A stretch of 58,813 nucleotides of DNA, counting the filler, from Barthelona sp. PAP020 (Eukaryota), in assembly GCA_040182905.1 (NCBI GenBank). It is 2 parts of 2 records of this genome, joined end to end, with 100 filler letters (N's around TTAATTAATTAA, not from the genome) between each part and the next. Parts side by side here need not be neighbours in the genome. Positions count along the whole stretch, not along the records: positions 1 to 29,387 come from JARQWU010000119.1; positions 29,488 to 58,813 come from JARQWU010000120.1. The stretch is one strand, 5' to 3'. How positions within the stretch are numbered: the first letter of the stretch is position 1; each line of letters opens with the position of its first letter. Below, piece by piece: positions 18,493 through 29,887 of the stretch. The notes under the pieces were generated by a model. The model was not told the DNA's origin, made no database searches, and saw only the letters and a program-made list of their open reading frames with translations. Position numbers and translations under genes: made by a program.

Positions 18493-20859
18493 ATGCAAGA
18501 AGCTTGTTTAATTCAAGTAATTAATATTATTAAGCGTTTTCTAATTTTATAGATTGAACATTTAACTGATCAATTAGTTTTTCAACAAGAATTAATTTCA
18601 AAGATTAAAAATGAATTAAAAGATTTGTTGAATACTTATAAACAATTAAAAAATGATTCGAAGGAACAATTAAATGAAGAATTGAAGTTAAAGAAGAAAT
18701 TATCAATATTGGAAAAAGAATTTGATTTTAATTCCTTGAAATTAGCCGAATTATCTGAATCCAAAATTGAAACTGAATTATTAAAAAAGAATTTAGCAGA
18801 GTATTGTGAAGAAATGAAAAATGTATTGAATCAAAAGAATGTTGAAATTAAACGATTGAAAGAAACCAAAACAAATAAAATGATTGATGATATTAATCAA
18901 ACAAAATGTTTTGAATTAAAAAAAGAAAACGAATATTTAAAAGATGTTTTGAAAGAAATTTCCACAGAATATTTTAATTTTGATGAAAAGAAAGCAAATG
19001 AAAACATTATTAAATTAATTTCAGATGAATTGAATAGATCTCAAGAGAAAACAAATGAATTATTTGATTCTTTCAATAATTCTCAAAAATTGGCCTCAGA
19101 ATTGAAAGAACAATTAATAAGATTAAAGAAAATCAATGAAACTTTGTTATATGAAAGTTCTTCAATACAAAGTGAAAATGAAGATTTATTAAAAGAAAAG
19201 GAACAATTATTAAACAAGTTTACTGAATTGAATGATTATTTAAAATTGAAATATGAAGACATTGTTCGATTATCAACGATTAAAGAAAAATTTTCCATTG
19301 AAGTTAAAAAAATAAGTGATGAAATGAATTCAATGGAAAATACCATTAAAAGTTTAATTTTTGAAGGAAAAAACAAGGAAAAAGATATTTTAAAAAAAGA
19401 AGAATTGTACAAAGAATTTCTAGTTGTTAATGAAGACTTAATTGTAAAGTTTGATCGATTGAATAAGAAATATTGTAAATTGAAAGCAAAATATGAAGAC
19501 ATTACTGAAGAGATTTTAAGTTTACAAATGATAGATATCAGTAGTGATCATTCAAAACAAGCAACAGAAATTGCAGAATTGAATAAACAAATTGATATTT
19601 GTAAAGAGACAATTCAACAAAAGCATTCAGAAATGAAAATTTGCACCAAAAAATTTTTGGAAATGAAAAAAATACAAAGAAACTTTGAAACTTTTGAAAA
19701 ACAATATAATGATGATAAGATTGTATTTGAAGGGTTTAAACAAATTTTTGACAAAAGTTTGAAAACTTTTGATGAAAAGTATGATTCTTTTGAAGATAAT
19801 ATAATAAATTTGAAAAATGCTATCAAAAATAAAGAAGAAGACATGAATAAACAAGATGAAATTTTGGAAATTAACAAGAAGTTGATTGAAAAAAAAAAAA
19901 AGAAAATAGAAAAGTTAAAAAATGCCATTGAAAATACTGAAGAATCATTTGTTATGTTTTCTACAGAATTAGATGGTTTTAATATGCAATATGAAAGGTT
20001 ACAACAAAAAATTGATGAAAAAACATTAGAAATCATGTTTTTTAAACAAAGAAATAAAAATATTGAGCAAAAAAACAATGAGTTGCTTTATAGAGCAAAT
20101 TTTGAGATTGTTACTAGCATTGTTAATAATGATATTTTGAATGAAGTTGATAATCTTATTTATCAACATGAAATTAATCATTACGAACAATTAATGATAG
20201 ATAAGATTGTAATTTTAGATGAATCTGAGAAAATAATAGATAATTTAAAGATATGTATTGACAATCATCAGAATCAATTAGAAAAAAGTCAAAAAGTCAC
20301 TAAAAATTTATTATTAAATCAAAGTAGATATAATAGGTTAGAAATACAAAATGATCGTTTGAAAGATTCAGTAAAATATTTGAAATTTTCAGAAAAGGAA
20401 AATGCTAGAAAGATTGAAGCAATAAACGAAGAAAATGGTATGTTAAAAGAGTCAAATAATAAACTATTCACTTCAATAGATGAATTAGAAAAACAATTGA
20501 ATGAAAGAAATTCTTACATTCAAAATTTAACCCAACAATTAGAAAAACGTCAACCAACAATCGAATTCAGTCATCAAACAGAATTTATTGATGATGAATC
20601 AATCAATGATGACAATGAATCAACACAATCAAATACTTTTGTTTTGAATAACGATAAAAACAATAATCAGAGTGTTAACAATACAACTAACACATTTAAT
20701 TTCTTTTCTACTGAAACACCTAATGCTGTGAATGTCTTAAATAATGAAAATATTGACCCTCAAATGATGCATTCGAAACAAATGATTACACCATCATTAT
20801 CAGTTAGAAGATCTATGTCAAGGAGACATATGCTCAGATCAATGTCAGGTAAGAGGTAA
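18493..20859 (+). CDS. Long coiled-coil hypothetical protein; exons 18493-18516 and 18553-20859 (5' end uncertain)
   Basis: Heptad-rich K/E/L ORF. An upstream ATG is joined in frame by the 36-nt intron. Confidence 0.75.
18517..18552 (+). other. Spliceosomal intron, 36 nt
   Basis: GTAATT...CTAATTTTATAG; its terminal TAG is an in-frame stop that splicing would remove. Confidence 0.7.
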
Positions 20860-21180
20860 ATTTGGGGTTAAAATTTGAATATTAGTGCTTTGGGATGTTA
20901 CATAAAAGATGTGTGATAGGTGAGATATCTGTCTTGTAAACAGATAATGAACCCTTTTTTATATATTAAACATAAATAAACAATTCTCTTTTTATTAATC
21001 CTTCTTTCTTTCTTAAAAAACCTTTGAATTTGTTGGTTCAGCGTTTGTTTCAAGGGAAGAACTTCTTTGGATGACTATATGAGTAGAATGTCCTGCAAAC
21101 ATTTGAAAACAAAACAACAACAAAAAAAAAAACAATAAAAAAATTTATTGAAAAAAGCACAAACGTTTTGATTGAAGTCA

Positions 21181-21825
21181 TTATTCATCGCTGATTTCTT
21201 CTAAACCAGGAATTTCATCATCATCATCATCATCTCTATCCATGTTTCCCATGTCAGGCATTGAAGCAGCCAATTTTTCCAATTCTTCAGGGGACATGTT
21301 CTTCAACATTTCTTGCATGGCACTCATGTCGGGCATTCCTCCCATATCAGCACCGGGCATTCCCATACCGGGCATGCCACCCATGCCACCCATTCCTCCG
21401 AGTTGAGAGAAGTCGATGTCGTTCATACCTTTTGTATCAAAAGCTTCATCTTCTTTTGTTTCATCCAACCAACGAGACCAATCAATGGCAATATTGGCAC
21501 GCCTTTTTCCTTTGCACAAACTTGTCCAAAAATTGTCACACAACTGTTCATCATCAGAATCTTCATCAGAATCTTCATCGTTCTTTTCAAAAGGAATTTT
21601 CTTAAGAACAATTTGAATGTGTAAACCAGTAACATTGAAACTGAATTCATTTTCAACCTTACCGAATAATTCAAGTTCGTCGTGATATTCAACATCATTT
21701 GATTTGAAATTAATCAAAAGATTGGTGCCGTCATACTTTAAATCTACATTTTCGGCATCTGCTTGATTGATTGACACAAAAACTTGTTCAGATCTTTGTG
21801 CCCAAGTAATAGCTGGTCTCATCAT
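21181..21825 (-). CDS. Hsp90 co-chaperone p23 (Sba1/PTGES3 family)
   Basis: P.ITWAQR N-terminus, W..L.K, IDWSRWLDE, and a GM-rich acidic tail. Confidence 0.93.
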   Translation of the reverse strand: MMRPAITWAQRSEQVFVSINQADAENVDLKYDGTNLLINFKSNDVEYHDELELFGKVENEFSFNVTGLHIQIVLKKIPFEKNDEDSDEDSDDEQLCDNFWTSLCKGKRRANIAIDWSRWLDETKEDEAFDTKGMNDIDFSQLGGMGGMGGMPGMGMPGADMGGMPDMSAMQEMLKNMSPEELEKLAASMPDMGNMDRDDDDDDEIPGLEEISDE

Positions 21826-22369
21826 TATGTAATAATCAAATTTAATTAAAAAAAAAAATCCGTTAAACGAGATAAAGATGGAAATTCTTTTTTGAACAAA
21901 GAGAAATTTTGTCAATAAACTTTTGAAGTAGTTGTTTGTTTCATAATTCCAGTGTAATTTTTGTTTGAAGATAACTATTTAACATCTTTTGATAAATATA
22001 ATCTTCCGAACAAACAAAATGTGATGAATTTTTCAAGATTTTATTTTTTCATTGATATTTAAATTCATTTGAAAGCTAGATGAGACAAGATAAAAATGAA
22101 ATCAAGCAAAAAAAAAAATAAACCCTTTTACAGATAAAAAGATTCCCAAAATGGGATCAAATTGTGTGCAATACAACAAATTGTTAAAGATGCTAAAGCA
22201 ATATGCCTCAAAAGAAAAATTGATTTCATGATCAAAGTTATCTTTTGTGATAGAAACTCAAAAATATCTTTTCCCAAATCATTGTTTAAAGGAATAATGT
22301 TATAATCTAATAACTTTTGATGAAAAAGAGACACAAAGTCTATTTATGATCATTGTTGGCAAACAAAAA

Positions 22370-25300
22370 TTAAAACTCACAATCGATTAACAATGGTTGG
22401 TAATCTTGACAAAACACTTCCAATCGAAAATAACAAGTATCAAATTTTTTCATTGTTAAAGGAGAAATAACCAATTTGTTATCAAAATGCTTTTCAGGAC
22501 AAAAAATGAACTCTCTCACAATTGTCTGATTCTTGGAAAAGTTAAAAGGGGGTAAAGGTGAAAGTTCATTCAAACTTATGTGTTCGCACAAACCAATACT
22601 GATAGGAATCAATTTTTGATTCAAATTCTTTTGAGTCAAAACAATTCGAACTAAAACGTTCTCGTTAAGTGATTTGTCTTCAAAAGTTAAAAAAAAAGAG
22701 TCTGTTTTTAAAATCTTGAAATTTTCAATGCAGGCAAAAGGACTAATGAATCCAAAAGTTTCAAATTTTTTGAAATATTTCGTTATGAAATTCACATAAA
22801 TCGTGTCAAAATATTTTAAAAAGTTTGACCAACTTAAAGAATGAATGGATACAATTTCTTTGCTCTTTTGTTTAACGCTTTGAACAATTACAGTCTTTTC
22901 AGAAGGAATTATCTCCAGCACATGATATGCATGTGAAGGCTCAAGAAACGTTTCATTTATGATTTTCAAACTCAACTGTCTAGTACCAGCACCATAAAGG
23001 ATACAAGAATCACCATTTTTTTCATCCTTTTGTTTTAAGTCTTTATGCATACGTTTAAACAATCGATCAACTTTATCTGGAAAATCAAGTAAGCTATCGA
23101 TTATGATATAATCTCCATAAGTAGGCTGCATTATCATGTTCACTAAATGCATATGTCCACCATCTTCTAAAACAGAATATCCTCCCCCATAAACACTAAC
23201 GATAGCACTTTCTAATAAATTGACGGCAACATTAATTTTTGGACCCAAATTTTCCGCAGCGACCATTTTTCCATTTTTACAAGGTAAATATCCATTCACA
23301 ACAACATAAATTGGTTCATTATTGTTATAAAGCCTAAATAAATACAAATCATTTTCTTTATTATGTGCAATCAGAAAGTTTTCTTTTGGAAAATGAAATA
23401 ATGAATTGAGAAAGAAGCAATCATTGATTTCACCTTGATATACGTTATCAAGGTCTAAATGTTCGATATCAATGAAAGCTGAACTTCTTTCCTTAATTTC
23501 TGAGAAATGTAAACGTTCATAATGTCCATAATTGATATCCAATGGTTGTAATAAACCTTTGTGAAAATCGAATAAAATTTTGGTCTCATATTCTTCATAA
23601 GATGATAAAAAATCTTCTGTTTGCTTAATTTCATTTGTTTGCTGAATGTATTGAGTTAATTTATCCAATTTAGTTCTTTGAGGAAAGAATAAAGCTTTGG
23701 TTAATTTTTTAATAATTTCTTTGTTATTAGATGTGTCAAATGAGTGATGATAACTCTTTAACAAATCATGAATTTTAAGGATTTTAGAATTTTGCTGATT
23801 TTTTTCAACAGATAATTTTAAATTGATATATTGTTGTTCATTTTTACGAATTCTTTCTTCTAATTCATTAAATGAAGGACTTGAATTGATATTATAAAGA
23901 TTTGACAATAGAATGATATTTAATTCATGAAAAACTAAAAAAATAGAAGGTGTATTAATAAATTGAATTTTTAATACTTTAAACATGTTATCGATATGTT
24001 TTTTACGAACAGTTCGAGCATGGAAATAAATATCTGCTAGACAATGACACATAAATAAACTTTCATGTTCAATTAATAATTTTCGATTATGAATAATGAT
24101 ACTCTTATCTTCATAAAAATTCAATTTTTGTAGATCATGAATTAATTGATTGGATTTCATAATAAAACTTTTTTGAAGCAAATTTTTTTGTTTTACTTTG
24201 AATTTATAAAAATTTCCCAAATGATCATATGAATAACCATAAATTTTTGAATATTTTTTCAAAACATTTTCAATATTTTCAGAAACATTTGATAAATATT
24301 CCAAATGTTTCTTGAAATTATAATAAAATAAAATATTTGATGCAAAAATTTGAAAAGTATATTGTAAAATAATGATAATTATGATAATCTTTGATAAAAA
24401 AACATATTTATCATAAAATAAACAAAAGATAATAATTAAACTGAAATAATTGAAATAAAAATTCACAAAATATCGTTTTGAATATTTTTTTATCTTTATT
24501 TCTTTATTTTTCTTTTCAAAAATTGCTACAAAATGATGAAATCTTTGATAAGGAAATATTACCAAAGATTCATTAGTACCAATGATTTGTAAAACAAAAT
24601 CTCGTACAATTATTAATTCAAAAATGAAGAAAATTACTAAAATCAAATTTTCATTAATATTTGATTCAATATGACAAAAATAAATGAATATACTGAAACA
24701 TAAAGCAGAAAAAAAAACATTGATTTTTGATTGTATAATTAAAAGACCCATCATCAAAGCAATAACCAATAAAATATCAGAAAAATGTTTTAACTGCATT
24801 TGTAAAAATATACTCTTGACAATCAATATGCTTAAGATTAAGTAAATTAAATATATGAAATATTTTGAATTATTTCGAATATTTGGTTTTTTTTGCTCAA
24901 ATACAATACAAATAAAGATTAAACATAAAGTTCCAACAATATTAAAACCAAGAAAATGTGTTTTTTCGGGATAAAATAATATGATAATTAAATACAAGAT
25001 ATAAGCCAATAAATTTATTCTTTGAAATTTATTTTGTAGAATAATTGTTAAACTATTGATAAAAATTAAATATTGAAAAGTTATGTTGTTAATAAAGTCA
25101 ATTTTGGAATTTGAACGAAATAATTTGTAAAATATACAAATACCAATGGTTAAAATTAATAAATAATGCTTTTTAGTTTTAAAAGAAGAAGAAAAAAAAG
25201 AAAAATAAAAGATGATCAGATTATATATAAAAATGATGAAATCATATTCATAAAAAATAGCTGAACTTACAATTAACACCAAAAGAATCAAATAATTCAC

Positions 25301-26383
25301 AATTTCAATATCAAATGCATACAATAAAAATAAACAAAATGTAAAAACTAAAAAGTACAAATCAAACTTTCCAAAAAGTAATAAATTTATCCCAAAAATT
25401 ATGAAACTTATCCAATACATTATTAAATCATGAATTTTTTCTCTTTTTATTCTATTTTTTTTTCTTTTCACAATATTACCTTTATAATTGAATAAATCTT
25501 TCCTATTTTTATCATTCTTTATCATTATTAAATGAAAAGTTATAAAAATTGGTATTATCGATCTGATTCCATCCAAAAATTCAAAAATTACAAAATTTTT
25601 TACCACTACTAAAAATAGTACATACAACCATTTTACGTTTATCGAAACTATCTCAAAAATTCCCAAAAGAAAAAATTGAAAAGAAAAATCAAAGAAATTA
25701 AGATAAATTTTGAATTTTTCCGTTTCATTGAATAAATAAAAATTCATTAAAAATATAAAAACATTAATAACATGAAATTTTACATGAATTCTTTTCCAAA
25801 AACTTTCATCATCAGTTGTTTCTTTCAATGCAATCAAATCATGATGAAATATGAAATTAAAAGGATTAAATATTTTGATCTTTTTTTGATCAATAAAAAC
25901 ATATTTGAAAAAAATGGTAAAATTGACCATTATAGAAATACAAAAAAAATACTCTTTAAATTCCCTTGAAAGATATGTTATAGCAGTCAATATAACACTC
26001 ACATAGAACGTATTATCATAAACAGCAATAGGAAAATTTATTTTGGTAAAAGAAAAATAATCATCACATACTATCAAGACTAAAAACCAATAAGTCCACA
26101 ATATTAACAATAAAAAAATAGAAAAACCTAACGAAATATCTTTATAATGAAACCAATTCATTAATAAAAGAAAATTACTCAAAAAAAAGAAAAAAAAACA
26201 TAAATATTGACAAAAAGTAAATACTACAAAATGTTTCGATATATCGTTAATATAAATATTACCTTCAAATTTTAAAAATAATAAGAGAAACGAAAAAAAA
26301 CATATTAAACTGGGTAATATCAAAAAAAAATATGTTATTGCATTAGGAAAATTATCAACTATTATCTCATTCAAGAAATCCAT
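22370..26383 (-). CDS. Multi-pass membrane protein with a C-terminal calpain (CysPc + C2L) domain
   Basis: Many hydrophobic segments in the first ~690 aa, followed by QGEINDCFFL, YVVVNGYLP, LLESA, GGH and HAYHVL. The NPWG Asn is absent (VQSVKQ). Confidence 0.85.
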   Translation of the reverse strand: MDFLNEIIVDNFPNAITYFFLILPSLICFFSFLLLFLKFEGNIYINDISKHFVVFTFCQYLCFFFFFLSNFLLLMNWFHYKDISLGFSIFLLLILWTYWFLVLIVCDDYFSFTKINFPIAVYDNTFYVSVILTAITYLSREFKEYFFCISIMVNFTIFFKYVFIDQKKIKIFNPFNFIFHHDLIALKETTDDESFWKRIHVKFHVINVFIFLMNFYLFNETEKFKIYLNFFDFSFQFFLLGIFEIVSINVKWLYVLFLVVVKNFVIFEFLDGIRSIIPIFITFHLIMIKNDKNRKDLFNYKGNIVKRKKNRIKREKIHDLIMYWISFIIFGINLLLFGKFDLYFLVFTFCLFLLYAFDIEIVNYLILLVLIVSSAIFYEYDFIIFIYNLIIFYFSFFSSSFKTKKHYLLILTIGICIFYKLFRSNSKIDFINNITFQYLIFINSLTIILQNKFQRINLLAYILYLIIILFYPEKTHFLGFNIVGTLCLIFICIVFEQKKPNIRNNSKYFIYLIYLILSILIVKSIFLQMQLKHFSDILLVIALMMGLLIIQSKINVFFSALCFSIFIYFCHIESNINENLILVIFFIFELIIVRDFVLQIIGTNESLVIFPYQRFHHFVAIFEKKNKEIKIKKYSKRYFVNFYFNYFSLIIIFCLFYDKYVFLSKIIIIIIILQYTFQIFASNILFYYNFKKHLEYLSNVSENIENVLKKYSKIYGYSYDHLGNFYKFKVKQKNLLQKSFIMKSNQLIHDLQKLNFYEDKSIIIHNRKLLIEHESLFMCHCLADIYFHARTVRKKHIDNMFKVLKIQFINTPSIFLVFHELNIILLSNLYNINSSPSFNELEERIRKNEQQYINLKLSVEKNQQNSKILKIHDLLKSYHHSFDTSNNKEIIKKLTKALFFPQRTKLDKLTQYIQQTNEIKQTEDFLSSYEEYETKILFDFHKGLLQPLDINYGHYERLHFSEIKERSSAFIDIEHLDLDNVYQGEINDCFFLNSLFHFPKENFLIAHNKENDLYLFRLYNNNEPIYVVVNGYLPCKNGKMVAAENLGPKINVAVNLLESAIVSVYGGGYSVLEDGGHMHLVNMIMQPTYGDYIIIDSLLDFPDKVDRLFKRMHKDLKQKDEKNGDSCILYGAGTRQLSLKIINETFLEPSHAYHVLEIIPSEKTVIVQSVKQKSKEIVSIHSLSWSNFLKYFDTIYVNFITKYFKKFETFGFISPFACIENFKILKTDSFFLTFEDKSLNENVLVRIVLTQKNLNQKLIPISIGLCEHISLNELSPLPPFNFSKNQTIVREFIFCPEKHFDNKLVISPLTMKKFDTCYFRLEVFCQDYQPLLIDCEF

Positions 26384-26629
26384 AATGATTCATGTTCTTT
26401 AACATGTCAAATCGCCAGAAAAAAAAAAATTATAATAACTCTGTTTTTTTCTTGTTTAACTGTTCTTGTACAATCAAATTTCCATCTAAATAAGTCATTT
26501 TATTTGAAAAATAAATTGAATAAATTAATTAACAACATTATTTTGGATAAAAAGTTGAATGACAATGCTAAAATGAAGCAAAAAATAAAAAATTGCAAAC
26601 TATCTTTATATTATGAAAAAATTAAATTT

Positions 26630-27496
26630 CTACTTTCTTTTAGGAGCCTTTTTATTGTTTCTTTGTTCTTCTTGCAAAAATATGCCCGCAGCTCTTGTTT
26701 TATCAAATTTACTTCCCTTACTTTTCAAAACAGTTCTCAAAATTCTTTGATTTGTGTCTGTTTCTTTGTTATCTTTTGTGACTAATCTCTTTGATCTTTT
26801 CTTTCTTAAAACCTTCATATCACGTTCCATATCATCCTTATCATGAACACCATGAGATGCAGTTGCCCAATGTGCATGTTTCAAAGCCTTTTGCAGTTGT
26901 TGCTTACGTTGATCTCCTTTTTCTTTCTCCCCTTTCAAACTAGTAACAGTCATTCCGATTGTTCCAGGAGTTGAACTTTCTTTTTGTTTCTTTCTGTTTC
27001 TAAATTCATTTTTCTTTTGTTGTTTGATTCTATCCTTCTTTTCTTTTCTTTGAGCTAAGAATGGATCAATGTGTTCTTCACCAGGTTTAACCTCATATAA
27101 CCATTGGTTATCTTTATTATTAATTCCATTTTGTCCATATCTAGGTTTCATGGAGTCAGTTTCAGGATCATAAACTAATCTAGAACGTTTTGCTTTGCTT
27201 TCTGGTCTAATACGCTCAGCAAACTTCTCCCAACGAGTCTGTTCTTTTGGTTTGGGAACGGATTTTTCTCTAGGAAGACGATATTTTGATTGAGGTAATT
27301 GAACCAATTTTCCAAAGGAAACTTCAGCGTTTTCTTCAATTGGACAATTAAATAAGGAAGCTACTAAAATTTGAGTGGATTCAGTGCATAATTCTTTTAA
27401 ATCTTCATTCATATGTTGAAAAAATGTGGGTTCAAGATCTCGATGATCATACACCATCATTAATCCTTCATCAACTTCTATTGAAGAGTTTTGCAT
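26630..27496 (-). CDS. RRS1: Ribosome biogenesis regulatory protein
   Basis: LPREK.VPKPK..TRWEKFA, LVYD......PRYG, DPF and ATAS.G..D motifs. Confidence 0.92.
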   Translation of the reverse strand: MQNSSIEVDEGLMMVYDHRDLEPTFFQHMNEDLKELCTESTQILVASLFNCPIEENAEVSFGKLVQLPQSKYRLPREKSVPKPKEQTRWEKFAERIRPESKAKRSRLVYDPETDSMKPRYGQNGINNKDNQWLYEVKPGEEHIDPFLAQRKEKKDRIKQQKKNEFRNRKKQKESSTPGTIGMTVTSLKGEKEKGDQRKQQLQKALKHAHWATASHGVHDKDDMERDMKVLRKKRSKRLVTKDNKETDTNQRILRTVLKSKGSKFDKTRAAGIFLQEEQRNNKKAPKRK

Positions 27497-27768
27497 TGAA
27501 TAAAATAACAATATTTTTCATATTTTTTTTTTGATTCAACTGTTTTTTATATATTCATTTTAGGAAAGACACAGTCATTCTTTTAAACTAACAGGCTCTT
27601 TAATTTTAAAAAACAGGATTTTTTAAATCCTGTTTTATTCTTTGAAATCTGAAACATCAATATAAAAACCATCACATATGTAAAAAAGACAATCAATTTT
27701 TGTGGAAATACAGTTGTAGATTCAAAGAAACAAAGAATTTGTTTTTTATTTGATATATAGACAAAAAT

Positions 27769-28659
27769 ATGAGTGCAAAAGAAAAATTAAAAATTGCAAT
27801 GAACTTTATACTCGATCAAAGTGAAAAATTGAATTCTGTTGAATCATTAAAAAAATACTTGCCCAAATTGCCTTTTCCATTTGATAAGTTGTCCAGTATC
27901 AGTAGTTCATTTACTGTTGAATTTGTCAGCTTTTCAAATAAAAATTTAAAAGCGCATTTTTCTTTTGAAAGGGACACTGTTGAATTTATATCTCATTTTT
28001 TATTAGGAATAGTTTTTTTTCTTATCTTTCTAGTTTTTTATGAATTAGTGAAAATTATTCAACATTTGTGCAAAACAAATAAAATTTTCAACAATTTTTT
28101 AACAACCGTCAATTCTTTTGCGTTATATGGAATCATTATTTTAAATTTGATTCTTTTTGGGTTCGAAAATTATGCTGGTTACCCGTTAAGTCAATTGTTA
28201 ATCAGTGAATTTTCCATTTTCAAATCAATTTTGACTTTGGCGTATAACATGGTAATTTTCAATTGTTTAATCTTAATTTTGAATCCTACTAGATTTTTTG
28301 TGAATTTATTTGTTGTTTGTGTTCACATTATCATTCTTTCTCTTTTACTTTTTATTAACCATATTAGATTGATTGATTTGTCTTATTGGTCATTTGGTTC
28401 ACTAATAAGCGATTTTAACACTGAAATTCTTTGTGTCTATTTATTTACCCTTATTGTCTATTCAACATTGCTTGTAAATAAGAATAAAAAGGAAAAAATC
28501 ACCAAGTCTGTTCAAATTAAGGGGAAAACTCAAAATCAAGATGAGGAGCCAAACAAATTGACACCAAATGAAATGAACAGTAAAAAAACCCCCAGCCAAA
28601 AGAAATCACAGAAATCAAATGCTGTTCACAACAACAAAAACAAGAACAATCAAAGATAA
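27769..28659 (+). CDS. Hypothetical multi-pass membrane protein
   Basis: 296-aa ORF with about 5 hydrophobic segments. Confidence 0.7.
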   Translation: MSAKEKLKIAMNFILDQSEKLNSVESLKKYLPKLPFPFDKLSSISSSFTVEFVSFSNKNLKAHFSFERDTVEFISHFLLGIVFFLIFLVFYELVKIIQHLCKTNKIFNNFLTTVNSFALYGIIILNLILFGFENYAGYPLSQLLISEFSIFKSILTLAYNMVIFNCLILILNPTRFFVNLFVVCVHIIILSLLLFINHIRLIDLSYWSFGSLISDFNTEILCVYLFTLIVYSTLLVNKNKKEKITKSVQIKGKTQNQDEEPNKLTPNEMNSKKTPSQKKSQKSNAVHNNKNKNNQR

Positions 28660-28816
28660 AATTTTAAAATTTGACTTTGTGAAAGAAAATATCATGCCAA
28701 TGGTTTTCGACGTGTTCTGTTCCTGTAAAATTTTTTTGTTTTTATTCTTCAGAATTTGAAAGTTTTAAAAAAGATATTGAAACTAATTTACACTCAAATT
28801 ATTTTTGATTCAACAT

Positions 28817-29387
28817 TCAAGACATTTCCTTTTCCAAGGCATAGACTTGATAATTGGACACTTCAAAATGATGGCTTTGTGTTAAGAAATATTGAGCACC
28901 TCTTTGATTTTGATACATATTTCGAGGAGGATATGAATAACTAATACCTAATTGTGTGTACCCACCATTTAAATGGGCATTGTGACATATATATAAATCA
29001 TGATCTTGATCAGAACCTCCAAAACATGGACCATGACTGCTTCTATGGAACACAGCACTCTTTGCTTGTCTAATGGGCAATTTGAAACCAGAATTTAAAA
29101 ACTCTTGCATTTCGAAACTATTCTTATCCAATTCTTTCTTTACTTTCTGTGGTGTGGTGATTGGTGCATTTCTTTGTGGTGTTCTTTGAGGCGTTTTAAT
29201 GTAGTTGATGCGTTTTGTTTTGTTTTTACCTTGGAACAAAGTTGATAATGAGGGAGGTTGTTCTTCTAAATGCAAAGCACCAGGCCTTGCTAAAGAGAAA
29301 ATAAAGGATTCCTTTGAGGGATCTGCTCTGGCATCATTTAAAATAGTCCATGAAACAGGTGTATATGCTCCAAAGATAGCACCATTA
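28817..29387 (-). CDS. TLDc-domain protein, 3' part only (5' end lost in the gap)
   Basis: NGAIFGAYT..SW, SFIFSL, GPCFGG, HDLYI, LG.SY and F.V..Y.VY. The frame is open up to the N run. Confidence 0.85.
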
Positions 29388-29487
29388 NNNNNNNNNNNNN
29401 NNNNNNNNNNNNNNNNNNNNNNNNNNNNNNNTTAATTAATTAANNNNNNNNNNNNNNNNNNNNNNNNNNNNNNNNNNNNNNNNNNNN
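29388..29487. other. Artificial contig/scaffold linker (44 N + TTAATTAATTAA + 44 N)
   Basis: Exactly 100 bp; the central 12-mer (29432-29443) has stop codons in all six frames. Confidence 0.97.
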
Positions 29488-29721
29488 TACAAGCATGAAA
29501 GCATTTTCATTAGATCTTCCCAATTGACGCAAAGCAATGAACACTGCATTTTTTAACTCAATATCGTTCGTATTTAACAATTTAGATAAGTTAAAAAATA
29601 GTGTGGTGATTTCTTCTTCATTAAAAGTTCCTGATTTGGATAAAATTTTGACAATCTCTTGAACAGTATCTACATCAAGTTCTTCTACTTTAAGAAAGGC
29701 ATATCGAGTAATGTCAGTCAT
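29488..29721 (-). CDS. Coatomer gamma subunit-like (adaptin N-terminal), 5' fragment truncated by the gap
   Basis: G.F.EEE.T.LFF.LSKLL..ND.EL...V...L..L resembles the gamma-COP N-terminus. Confidence 0.7.
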
Positions 29722-29887
29722 TTTCAAAAACAAAGTATTTGTCGTTTTGACTGTTTTTCTTTTTTTTTTTTTTTCTTTCAATTTTATTTTTTTCACTTCT
29801 TGTTTTGAACTTAAATTATGAAATATTTTAATAAATTTTATGGATGAAATAATTATTTTTTGGATTTCTTTTTTTTGTGAAAATTAA

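Noticed and set aside
29432..29443. TTAATTAATTAA palindrome as a biological site
   Set aside because: It is centred between equal N runs, so it is an assembly linker.
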